Positions 23,781 to 35,600 of a DNA stretch of 64,000 nucleotides are shown one piece after another. Under the pieces are notes generated by a model that saw only the letters and a list, made by a program, of their open reading frames with translations, made no database searches and was not told where the DNA came from. The translations under genes were made by a program, and so were the position numbers. Origin of the DNA: Raillietiella orientalis (lineage: Eukaryota); assembly GCA_036172245.1 (NCBI GenBank), contig JAYWIR010000003.1, forward strand, positions 1,364,001 to 1,428,000. The letters are read 5' to 3'. Each line of letters starts with the position of its first letter. The first letter of the stretch is position 1.

Positions 23781-26700
23781 TATGCATTCCCAAACTAATT
23801 CCATTCGACGACGACGTCACCGATTATCGCGTGGTGTAGCCAATTCAAGTTTTATTGGGTGAACGTGAAAAGGCAAAAAAAAAACAAAAAATGGGGGAGC
23901 TGCTCGTAGGGGGAGCAAGAACGTACGACGACATCATGACTCCAGTTTCGATGTGTGCTCGATGGAATTCTAGGCAGATCCCAAGGCGTCGCGAGAAAGA
24001 CAGGGCATGACGCACCCATCATTGGTGGATAGGTTAAAAGCGAATTTTTGTAGGGACTTAATGTCGCGATGGGGAGGGGAGGGGGGTTAGAATTAGAAAG
24101 ATATAGACGTTTGTTGACCGCAGTTCTACCGGCGGGAAGTTCGGGCCTGATTGGATTCGTTGCCAGGAACTGGAGACGAATCGAACTGGGATGGACTTTA
24201 TGAGTACCCCATTAACTGCACTGTCAAAAAGGTTCCCCCCACTCGGGAAGAGAACGCTTGAGGAACCCACTTGAATTCAAGTGAAAGATGAACACGTCTC
24301 ACATGTACGGAGCACAGATAAGAATACTTATGAGCGTACGTGTGCCAAGTTTCCATACCGACAAATGCCAGTATCAAAACGTACGTTGGCGTCGCCTGCG
24401 GAGGTCGCTTTTGCCTTCCGTAACACCTTCCACGCTTTCAGTTTCAGTAATTCAAGAATTATTATTATTATTATAATTTAGCTGAAGTCCATAGGCAAAT
24501 TGCTTTTCGGACCAGCAAAAAAAGTGCACACGTGGTTGCAGGAAAACACACGTCGAAAGTTCATGTGGAAGTTACCTCCTGACGGAACATAATTAGGGAA
24601 CATCCCTCGATTTGTGGAGCATTTCTCCGGAGCTGCTCTTCGAGATTCCACGAAGCCGTTATCAGATTAAGCTTACGTGCCTCCTCATCGATCACGAAAG
24701 ATTAGATGCCGAGCTGCTTCTTCAGATGTTCGGCTGCTACCTGTGAATGCTTGCGGCTTACCTCAAGTGCCTTACACGAAGTATCTGCAAGCAGCAGTGC
24801 GCGTTTGCGGGCTCATGAATGCTGATGCATGCAAGTACGATAAGCATCTGCATGTGTTAGCATCGGCGTGATTATCTCCGCACTTTTTGCAACGGCAAGG
24901 ACTCTAATGAACTATTCAGCGCAGCATCCCCATTGCTTCGAAGTGCTCTCTCTCGTAAGCGATGAGAGATAGAGAGCGTAGCGATAAGCGAAGCGTAGAT
25001 GACCGAACCTTCGACCAAAGCACATGGCACGTGCGTACCTAAGAACCACGAAAAACGAAGAAGAACGACAAGGATGTTGGCAATGCCAATCATAATATCT
25101 GTGCTGTTTGTTCCACGGACGCCCTCTCCCAGCGCCAGGGACGACGAAGAACACGCCCGTGCACGGGGTTCTCCCCCTTTGTGATCCCTTCCCGACGTTT
25201 GTCACTTTGTAATCGTTCCCCTGCTTGGTGCTGAGAGATTCTTTAGCAAGGAAATTTTCATCCCCTGCCTTCTTCTTTCTTCTTCTTCTTCTTCTTTTTT
25301 TTTTTTTGAAGACCAAGAGAAGGCATTGGTTGCTTGGCTTGTAGAAGCCTGCAGGAAACGAAACCTGGGGTCGACAGACATATGGGATCCGTGGTAACGA
25401 AGCCCCCTCTCAGCTTATGTTCAGTTTATTGAATGCGCGAGCGTAATGCGGTGCAGCGGAACCTCATAAATCCGCGCGTCACGAGAGATAATCTCGAATC
25501 CGGTGGCATCCGCTTACCTCTCCATGCGTCTGGCGTCCGGAGGCACTTGGAAATGAAAATGGAATTCACGATGTCAATAACGGATGTTCTTGCGTTCGTT
25601 GAATCTGGAAGAGTCCCCAAACCGCTCTTCCCGTCGAGGAGTCCTTGTAATTAAAAAGTTCGAGAGGAATCATTCTCCCGTAGAGCTTGAGGAATCCGAC
25701 CTAGCACTTCTTCTTGACTTTCAATCAAATCATCTGAATTCCAAACGCTGAAGAGCATGAATAATGCATCACAGTGAACTAAGAGTGTGATGAACGTGGC
25801 TCACCGACCCCAGACACCGCCCTCAACCAGAGTGCCACGCAGATGGAATTGAAGGCTCGGAAGAACGGGTAGTCCAAGAGAAATAGTAGGCGGCTTCCGT
25901 GCGGCAAAGAAACGAAGCCAATTTGTACCCTCATCGCACGGATTGCAGATCATGAACGGCGCAGCAATTTCATCACTCCTGCTTCCTCCATGTGGAGATT
26001 TGGAATCATAGATTCTTTGCAATTCAGCTGCATCTGATGAACATCAGACTGCGTGATTTTCCTTTCCACCAAGACAGCTGAACAGAACCATCCATGGCAA
26101 CGTGTCTTGGACCAATGGCGAAGTGATGAGCAAGTTGAGGTGAATCGAATCTCAATATGTCACTGTGACCTCATCCTGTCCCGAGCTTATGAACGTGCTG
26201 TAAGTCAAGATCCATATCGACCTGAAAGCAGGAAACCAGCGGTTGGCAGAGATTTTGTCAGTGACTCTCCCAAAACATTTTCCCCACGGAAATTTAGAGC
26301 AAATCTGGTCGAATGCAAAGAGAGTGAGTCCTTCTTCGGACTCTGCAATGGTTCAATGCCTCGTGTTTGGTGCTGCAGCGTGGAAGTGAAGCCAGGAGGA
26401 GTGCAAACGGAGGGGCAGCTGACTCGACCTTGCCATCGATTTCAGAATCAACGCGTTGTGACGTTTCCCTACTTCTGGAAAGATATAGGACAACGGAGGA
26501 CGCACCTTCCAGCATAGGGAAACTTGGCACATTCCCTTGCCGAAGAGACCCAAATCAGGAGCGAGGCCGCGCCATGCGCCGCGCAGCATCTCTAGTCGAC
26601 AGCCATTTCCTCCCGACCGGAGAGCTCCTGAGATTCTCCTACCATCACCGTCGCACGTCCTGAACTCTCCGTGCCCGTGCGAGAGGCTCCTGCAAGGAGC

Positions 26701-26825
26701 TGGAGGGCGCCTCTTTCGCCGACCTCTTCCAGCAAGAGAGACCAGCGAAGCGGTAAGGCGGTGCAGGGAAAATGGCGATTCCCGAGGGGCCAGTACCAGG
26801 GTTCGCCTCGAGGCTTTTTTTTTTT

Positions 26826-27062
26826 TTTTCAAAGAGGAAGATGACGAGGAAGGAACAAGAGAATAAGGAAGGAAAGGGGAAAGAGAAAGGGAGCAAGAAG
26901 GGAAGAGGAGTAGGAGGAAGGGGGGAGAGAGAAGACCGAAGGAAGAGGAAAGGAAGAGGAAGGAGGAAGAAAAGAGGTGAAGGGAAAGGGAGGTAGCAAA
27001 TAAAAAGAATAAAGGAAGAGGGAAGGAGGAGGAGGAGGGAGGAAGGGAAAAAAAAGGAGAAT
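26826..27062. repeat. ~240-bp polypurine/polypyrimidine tract, probably an expanded 3'UTR tract of a minus-strand LINE relic (~26700-27500)
   Basis: Almost purely A/G on plus. Followed on minus by CGAGGCGAACC (26801-26811), the family-A 3'UTR motif. Confidence 0.65.
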
Positions 27063-28766
27063 CTTCCCTTCTTCGGCCCACCTAATGCTCCGGAACGAGG
27101 GACGAGTTGCTCGGCGACCACTGCGCCTGCGAGCCTCCTCGACCCTGTCCTCGACCGACAGCCTTTGCAGGGAGTGGTGCAGAGCAAGAAGCGATCAGAC
27201 GTTGTAAGCTCGCTGGCTGCATTCCACTCCTTCTCCAGAGGAGGGCGGGAGTGGTGAGAGCGCTGACGGTGAGATTCCTGGGAGCCCGAGGAACGGCGAG
27301 AACTCGGAAGACCTCACACCTAGACTGCAAACCTGAACCAGAAGGCAGCGTCCTCCAGCATTGGAAAACGCGCTACCTGAATCACCATCAGGAGCGAACG
27401 GCGCTCGCGGAGGTGACCGCGGACGCAGCGTTGCTCTTCCGGTCGAACTGACCAGACAGCGGAGATGGAGGAGAATCCTGCAGAGCGGTCGTCCCGCGCA
27501 ACAGATGCTTGGAGGGAGCCGGGAAGTGCGCGACACGTCGAGTCCTCTATGGCCGCCTCCTACTGCGAGCGGAGGGAGCGGTACGAACGGAGCTGCGGAC
27601 AAAGTCCCAAGAGAAGAGGGAAAGGAGTGCGCCCCCGCGCGTCGAGATGGAAGTCGCGGAAGGAATTCCCGAAGGCTTCCGCGAGACCGCGAGGCGCCAG
27701 CTGTCTTCCCAGCGACCTCTTCGCCTGTATTGATTCCCCGAGACGCCGTGCCCGTGATGCGTGCGCCGAGCTGCTCTCAGGGAGCGGGAAGAGAAGTCCT
27801 AAAGACTCGGACAAAAGGGAAATCGGCAAGTGGGAAAGTACCTCCCAGCAGAGGTCGGGAATCCCTTTTCCGGGAGTACGCTGAGTCGAAGAAAGGAAGA
27901 AGGCAAAGGGAGCACCCGACCCCGGCAGTCGAGCGGCGGACCCACGCCTCTCCATCACTCTCCCAGTTACCTCCCTGCAAAGCAGCCCCTTCATCCGCAG
28001 CACTCCCGGGTGGCGACAGCCTTCAGTTCCGAGCAACGTGAGAGCTAGCACCAAAGGAACTGCAGGGAGTGAAAAGCACCTAGAATTCCAAGAAGCGGGA
28101 GAAAAGGAAGTTGGGACCGAACAAAGGGAAGGGGTCAATCGGGTGAGTTCGCCTAGCTTTCCCCTCGATGTCCTGACTCAGCGGAAGTCGGGAGGAACGA
28201 GCAAGACGGACGCAGGGGAGGAAGCGGGAAGCGGGGCAGAGGAGATTTAAATGCCGCTGAGACCCAGATTTCCAGCTTTCCTTCTTCCCTCCCTCAGGTC
28301 CAGCATTCTTTCACAATTGACCTCAGACTGACCGTCTCATCCAGAAAGTGGAGTGCCACTCATTGAAGGGCGTTTCAATCAGAAATGTCAGAGAGCCATA
28401 GGACAGATAAAGAGGGAAAATCAGGAAAAGCACTTGCCAAGAATCCGCATGTTCCCGTTCCCTCGGCAACGCGACGAGGCTGGCAAATGTACCGGCGATT
28501 GGAACCCGGCGTAGTTCTTCGAGGTACTTTCCTCGGGTGTCCTCCTCCATTTACACCCCTAGTACCACTGCCAAGCAGCGAGCCCCCTTTTTCCCCCAGG
28601 TCCCACAAGCGGAAGGCTGAGTTTATCGGGGCCTCTCCTTCCATCCCTCCTTCCGGAAATCCTTGCGGAGTTTTCCAGGAATCCCTGGATCTTCGCCGGG
28701 CGGCCAAGGAAGACGTTGATGGGAATCCCTTCGGGATTCTTCTGTCTTCACTGCTTTCCTTCCAGC

Positions 28767-29410
28767 TTTTTTTTTTTGTTCCTCAAGCGCTGAAGAACCG
28801 TTCTCCTCCTCGGGGAGGCTCACGAAGCTCTTCAGCATTGTCCACGTGCGTGAGTCCTCAAGCTAGAGGGCAAACCCGTAGGGACCACCCTACGGATCCA
28901 GGAAAGGCTCCGGAGAAAGAATTCCATTCCTCTAGCGCTTGGAAGGAAACCCCGAAGGGAACCAACCTCTTCCTTTTTCTTTCCAGAACGACTCCCCGGA
29001 AAGGATCCGCTCCTTGTTTTCCTTCTCTGAAGATAATCCGAAAGGACGCTTCCTAATTTCTCTGGAGGCAGCAGCGCGCTTCTTGATACTCTGGAGAGGC
29101 ATAACTAGTTCCATGGTACGCAATGGAGGATCTTCCCTTGAAGGAGGAGGACGGCTCCATTCTTACGGCCGGAGGGGAACCCCGAGGGACTCCTTGATGT
29201 TCTGGAAGGAACCCTGGAGGGTCGACTTTTAATCCCGGAGTACCCGTCGGGGACACTTGGTTTTCCTGCTTCCACCGGTAGCCACACCCGAAGCTTACAG
29301 GCCAACCAGTGTCATCTTGAGGCGCTTGGCATCTACCGTCCACGTGGGGATTCGAACCCGCAATGCCTGGCGCCATGCACGGGGAGACCGCAGCCACGCG
29401 ACCACCAACG
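28767..29410 (-). mobile_element. tRNA-headed SINE, copy C (best preserved ends)
   Basis: Minus head GTTGGTGGTCGCGTGGCTGCGG...GCGGGTTCGAATCCC with tRNA-like box A/B spacing. Core at ~29071-29135. 3' hairpin GTTCTTCA-gcgct-TGAGGAAC then an A run. Confidence 0.85.
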
Positions 29411-30243
29411 CGAGCTGCCTCACCTTGATCTCAAGACGGCACTGATCCCATCTTGTGAGCTGGGAAGCATTTTGAAGAGGAGGTGCACTCCTGGGCACCT
29501 CCGTAACGGTAAGTAACATGCTGATCCATGCACTTAGCACTTGCACTTACTCTTCCTCTGCAAGAAGCCCGGAGAGTGTCTCCCTTGCTCTCTTTGGCTT
29601 CGGTGGCCGCCATATCTCTTCTGTTTCCTTCCTCAGAAGGAGGAGAACGTGTTCCGAGGGAAGTCACTTTCCTCAGAGCCAGTAGGTCCAACCGAAGGGC
29701 TTGCTACAGTCGTAGTGCTGCTCGAAGAGGAAGAGATCTGCATCTTGATCTTCTCTTCTACCTTCCTGTGGGTGTCGTCCACGATTCATGAACTTCGTCC
29801 AGGCACTGGACCGGCAGGTTAGCTTGGGAAAAGAAAAAAAAAACACCTCGGTCTCAACGCTTTCTTGTCCATCTGCTCCCTGTCCCTCATCCGGACTTCG
29901 AAGCTCCTGCAGGCGCTGCCGTCGCAGCTGGCTCAGGCGGGCTTGCGGCGTTCCCTTTCCCCTACCAGGATGTCGCTGCATTCTCCTTGCTCCTTCTTTG
30001 ACTGGAGCCCAAGTTCAAAGATTTCAGGATTCGGATCCTCACGCTGCGAAGATCTGAATTCGGCTCGGTCTTTGCAGACCCCGTCCGTTGGGGTGATGGA
30101 AGCACCTGGTGGCCAATTTCAGGGATACGTGAGTCCGCCTGCTCACTTCTTGTCCAGCGGGAAACGTGTTGCTCCTGGGTAAGCTGGCATCCCGTGCGCG
30201 TGGGGTCCACGAGACCAACAGAGGTGAACACAAGAACTGGGCG

Positions 30244-33200
30244 TTGCCATCCGGTCACTCCGGTCATTTATTTATAAACTCTTCCATACACTGTAGTATA
30301 AAGCTCACTATGGCCAATATAACATCCGATCTGACTCGACTCTCCTCGGCAGCGAAGGGGGATGGGGGAAAAAACAAAAAGAAAAATAAAACGAACATTA
30401 AAAAAAAGAAACACTCTGGAGGGCCAGGAAGAGATCACTGTACTCTGGGTGGAGGGTCCAACCATTGCAGGATGCCGTCGAAGCCCATCCGCATGCTTCC
30501 CAGGTGATGCCATCTGGTCGCAATCCGCAGGAAGCGAACTACGAATTCGATGGCGTCCCTTTCGCTGCTTCCTCTGATGGCTTCGCTCCACGCAGCCACA
30601 GTCCTTCGGATACAGCAAAGTGCTGCCAGGGCTGAGGCTGTTAGCAGGGCTTCCCGCACAAAGAGAAGCCGTAGAACGTTCCTGGGGGGCTGCCAACCGG
30701 GATCCGTGAGGTTGTCGAAAAATGTACCAAAGGGGCTTGAGTCATTCAACACTGAGGGCTACTCAGGGTCATCCATAGGGACTCTGAGCAGCTCGCCCCA
30801 TCTCCGTAGTCCTCGCGGAAGGACACTTGGGGTCGTGACGTCCGCCAACTGTTCCATGGTCCAACCACTCATCAACTTTTGTCTGCCCCCGATCCGGCAA
30901 GAGAACTGCCACCTCGGCGTTCGGCTGCTGCCTGGTACCCTTCTTAGGAAGGGCATCGACGTGTCGAGGGGGATCGTCTCCACGTGTATCTGGCGGGACA
31001 CTCGAGAATCTTACGCAGCGAGCTGCAGGCAAAGCTGCTCAATTGCAGGCAGTTCCACATCTCATTTCTAGGCTGATTAATCTTCGCCCACGTACCAACT
31101 GTATCTTCTAGCCATGTCAGTTTCTTCTAGTCTGTCTAGTGTGTCATGCGTCCGAGGAGGAGGCCGCATTTTCTTATCTCCGGCCGAGGCACAAAAGATG
31201 AGACGCCTGCCCTTCCATCCCGGGAACACGATGGGCGAGGAGATGGGCGGGAACGCACCAGGGGGTGCTCCAATACTTCTCTGCAATGGCCATGGTTCGC
31301 CATCGCAGCTGGATCTCCATCCTCTCCAGACTCAGGAGACCAAGACCGCCGTACCGACGCGGAATGTACAAGTTCATCAGAGGGACTCGGGGCCTCCCGT
31401 TGCCCCACAGGGCGATGCGCAAGAGGTCGTTGGTCCATTTTTTCATACTCGCGGGGGACGGGGCAAACAAAAGGCAGGGGACGAAGGATGGGGACTGCGA
31501 ACGCGACCCGTTCGGCAAGTGAGACTCGCCTTCCAGGAACGGGCCAATCGCCAACTCCACTTTCTGGAGACGACCTGACCAGGCTTCTGACGGGCAGGAG
31601 TTCCCCAACGGAACGCCAAGGTACTTTAAGTACTTGCCTGTGGGATCCCCAAGTAGATCCAGTCAGGTCGTCCAGCCCATGTCGCACCAACCGCTACCAC
31701 CAACGACTTTGCCCTGTTCACCTACAGTCCTGTCCTGTGGCTCAACAGCTCCGAAAAGTTCTCGAGTGACGATGCCGGGGCGGATATGGGCAGCAGGAGC
31801 AGAAGATAGTCGGCATACATCGACACGGCAGGCGTACCGGGACACGAGCTCGTCCAGGGACTTTGGCCGCCTGTACGCTCTCAGCACCAATTCAAAATAG
31901 CTACTAAAGAGCAAGGGACTCAGGCTATCTCCCTGCCTGTTGCCGCGGGGCATCGGCACTCTGTACACCTTTTAACTGCTAAAAAAGACATTTATTAACG
32001 CGTTGCGCCAGCAGGAGCGCAGGTAGGCCATGAAGGCGGCCGGGAAGCCAGTGCGACCCAGGAGCTCCAGTAGAAGCTCCTGGTCCACGCATTCGAACGC
32101 TTTATGCAGATGGAATGCGATTGCTAAGGCTCCTTTCCTAGGCCAGGTTATTCCTTTCTTGCCCAGCTGACGCCCCCAAAGCGGGTTGTCTACTGATTGC
32201 CCTTTCATTATTTCTTCTCCTTGCACATGAAACCATGTGCTGAAGAAGAATAGGTTGGCTTCCATACTTCGCTTGGGAACAGCGTAAGTCTGCTCCGGGA
32301 TAATTATGGAGGTGGCCATCTGTCCTAAACGCGCCGCCCACAGTCCAGCCACCATCCTGGCGTCCATGTTCACAACCGTGATCGGACACCAGCTGCTTAA
32401 TCTCCTGAGGTCTCCTCCCTTGGGAAGGAACCCCACCCTAGCTGACCGAAACGATGCGGGAACATCGACTTCGTCACGGATCAGCTATGTCAACCTGAGC
32501 ACCAGAGGGGTGAACTCTGCCGCGATGCATTGAAAAAACTCCGCGGGCAGGCCATCCTACCTTGGCACCTTGCGTCTCTTGAGCTTCTTGATCGTGATGA
32601 TAATTTTACGGGTAGTGAAAGACTCGTCGAGACTTTTCTTCTCCTCCCCCCCTATCGCCGAAGTACCATCCCAGCAGGAACCGCGAGGAGTCCCTCTCCG
32701 GAGGTACCCTGGAGTAAAGGGAGGAATGATGATACCTCCGCACGAGGTGCCGTAGCGCAGCCGGCGCCAGTGTTCGCGGCCCTCGTCGTCCAGCAAGCTG
32801 GGCGGTCCGGATTGCCAGGCTTGACTCTCGGCCTCGGATCGGTACTCGGCCAGGAGACGGACGTTGGGGATCCTCGAGTAACGTCGAGCGTGCAGATACT
32901 CTCTCCTTACGCGCCCCCTCCCGAAATCCGGCGGGCAGGCGGTCCAGGGGGAACCCCTCGCAGAACTCGCGGACCGAGTACTTGAAGCGATCCCAGTCCA
33001 CAAGATTCTGGAGGGTGATGCCTCTCAGGAATTGGTGGAGATGTTCCGCCGCACCTGGGAGGTTCGTCGAGTTTCTCGGGAGACGCCACGCCCTGGAAGG
33101 GAGTCCCTTGTCTCTTGGCCACACCTCGAATTCGAGCTGGTAATGGTCAGACAGCGTCGACGGAAGTTTCCCTCGTCTTCCGAGCCGAAAACACAGGTCG

Positions 33201-34444
33201 TGGTCGAGGAATACGTGGTCGATACTGTCCACCATTCCCGTTAGGTCCTCCGACAAGTTGCGCGCCCGCATCGCCGCGCACAGCTCATCGTTGTCTGCGT
33301 CATTTTGCCCGCAGGACACACAGGACAACAGGAGGAGGTTTGCCATATTCCCAAGGGACTCCTTCGGTGGAGTAAACTCCTGAGTGTGCCCCTCGAAGAA
33401 CTTGTGGTCCCTCCCTCGTGCGTGAACACTTCAGTGTTCCCCCTGCTTTGGAAACAGGACGTGCTTTTGCTGGTACATTGGGGATTCCATTGCAACCAGC
33501 GTAGCAACATTGTTTCCGGGGGAATTGCCTCCCCGAACTGTGGACGGCGCGGAGCAGCGGAAACTCTCCTGCACCTGCTCTTCGACTTCGGTGTCCTCCA
33601 AGGACTGTGACGGAGGCTGGCTTCAGCGCTGCTGCACCAAGGGGGCACCGCAAGGATTTTGATGAGCCGCTGCTTCACGCCAGGCGGCCTGTCCTTAGGT
33701 GCGGTCGTCGCAACGATCTGTTGCGACGACCGCGCGATAGCCACGTCCTGTAACCAGTTGGAGTCCCAGGAGATTTTTCGAGAGGTCACCGGTTTATCCG
33801 ACTACATCACATCGGCTGCCAGGTGGCGATATCTTCCAGAAGACACGAGCAAGCAGATCTCCGGCATCCAACGCCGGTTCTAAAAGGAAGGAACGACCGA
33901 AGCCAAAGACCCTTATCCCTAAGTCCCCATATGTTTATTTATATATATATTTTATATATTTATTTGTGGTCCTCTCCCTCTTGTTCTGGACTTTTGGTCT
34001 TACCGACCTGCGTGTCGGGAGCCCTCCCTTCGATCTTCTGTACCCTTTATCTGGGAACTTTGTTCTCAGGTAGTTCAGAAATAAACCCCCCGGCGCACCC
34101 GGGTGAAAAAAACAGCCTCCTCCCTGAGGTTCTCTCGATATCCTGGACGTCTCTTGCGGTGATCACGTGGATCTCCTGCAGGAGCGCCAGGTCTAAATCA
34201 CGCAAGGTAGCGTCCGTGTCTCGTCTGCTGCCGTCGTCGCGCAGCCCGTTGACGTTCCAGCAGGCCACGCGGATCCGGCGGCGGCAGACGAGCCCAGGTG
34301 TTAATCCTGGGGAAGTGACACGGCAGCTCCCGCCACCTGGTCTGGTGGGACGCAAGGAGGCACTGCACACCTGTTCTCCCTCCTCCATGGGGGTCGACTG
34401 GTCAACAGGGCTGCACGGAAGGGAAGGGGCAAGAACATGGGGGC
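30244..34444 (-). mobile_element. Family-A L1/Tx1-like LINE, decayed ORF2 (APE-RT-zf-RVT), bounded by 13-bp TSD
   Basis: APE: RVACWNVNGL..LLQEIH, IDHVFL..SDHYQL. RT: LPKGGDL..WCPITVVN, KAFECVD, RQGDSLSPLLF, MYAD. Then GGLGLL and the family-A C-terminus. Terminus AATAAA-tg-ACCGG-agtga-CCGGA-TGGCAA. TSD CAAGAACTGGGCG at 30231-30243 and 34445-34457. Confidence 0.92.
33350..34112 (+). mobile_element. Family-A 3' fragment nested antisense in the APE domain of the 30244-34444 element
   Basis: PLLWKQDVLLLVHWG..ETLLHLLFDFG..ISGIQRRF*. Hairpin CCGAC-ctgcgt-GTCGG (34003-34018). Terminus AATAAA-ccc-CCCGG-cgcac-CCGGG-TG-A7. Confidence 0.88.
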
Positions 34445-34759
34445 CAAGAACTGGGCGGAGAAGTCATCAAGGGAAGAGGACCGTCTTGGTAACCCCCCCC
34501 CCCCCTTCCCCTTGGAATCTCGATGATCAGCTGTCGGACATGTGCAGAAATCGCGGAGAGATTCACAAGATGGGTCTCGACCTCTTCCAGAGATGAGGGC
34601 CTTGAAGGAGCTTCCTAACATCTCAGTCAGGACCACTGGCCACCACGCAAGAATCAGGTTTTGGTCAGATTTTCACCAACAGGAGCCTTTACCACGAAAA
34701 ACGGCTGCAGCCGTCGAGGTCTTTTGCAGTCCGAAGAACAAGTAGACCACATGACCCAT

Positions 34760-35600
34760 GTCGGATGCCACGTGGTCACGGTTTCCGCGCGTGGCACCAC
34801 CAAGCGTCGCGGGTTCAAATACTCGGAAAGAATCGACGCCGAGAGATGGAGGGTGCGTCATGGGTTCGCGTTCCTCTCGCGAGACGACGCTGGTCGGCCT
34901 ACAAACATTCGGGTGCGGCACCAATAGCGATTAAAACCGGAGGCCCCGATGAAGGCCGGAACAATGGGAGTCGACCACCGGGTTCTTCGAGGAGGAATCG
35001 AGGGGTGGGGTGTTCCCCCTTTGATTGTGCAACGGAGAGCGGACCTCCTCAGCGTACAGATCCCTCCGATTCGTTTTGATGGAGTAGGTGCGTAAGCCAC
35101 CTCTCCAGATGTTGAAGGAGCGGACCTCCTCATTCCGGAGGGAGACCCTCTGAGTCGTGTTGACGGATTAGGTGCATCGCCACCTCTCCAGAGAGTGCAA
35201 GGAAGCGAGAGCGATTGATCCCTTCGAGAAAGCAGCGTTTCGGAATTTCGGAAGCGTTCCTTCTGGATTCTCTTCAGACGAGTGAACAGGAGAGGTTCCC
35301 CTGCTGGTTCCCTCCGGAGAAGAAATTCCTACTACCGGATCCTTTCCGGTTCCCTTCGGATAAGAAAACATGGAGTTGACCTCCCCGGGTGTCCCTCCGG
35401 AGAGAATGAGAGAGGAGATTTCTTTCGGGGTTCCCTTCGAAGACAACGGCATTGATGAAAGCCATCCTATAGCATCCGTCGGGGATCCCAGACTTCGTCC
35501 CAAGACCGAGATTTATCCCACCAAATCTTCGCGCGGAATGCTGCCAGGAGGTGCAAGCCGTGCTCGCCCTGTGGCGCAAGGCGCAGTCGAGCCCTCCATT
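34760..35600 (+). mobile_element. tRNA-headed SINE, copy D
   Basis: GCGTCGCGGGTTCAAATAC (~34804-34822), second box-B-like GCGTCATGGGTTCGCGTTCC (~34855), and core CCTCTCCAGAGAGTGCAAGGAAGCG (~35183). Confidence 0.7.

Noticed and set aside
23626..23862. Perfect Kozak GCCACCATGG with 75-aa ORF
   Set aside because: The ORF runs through a 9-bp minisatellite and has no other support.
27983..28025. Possible further micro-insertion ending CCCGGGTGGCGA between CAGCC(CC)TTCA repeats
   Set aside because: Flanking repeats are short and imperfect; may be chance or a decayed terminus.
29341..29410. tRNA gene (also ~2450, 9880, 34800, 47780, 56450)
   Set aside because: No intact cloverleaf or acceptor stem, and each is attached to the same downstream SINE body.
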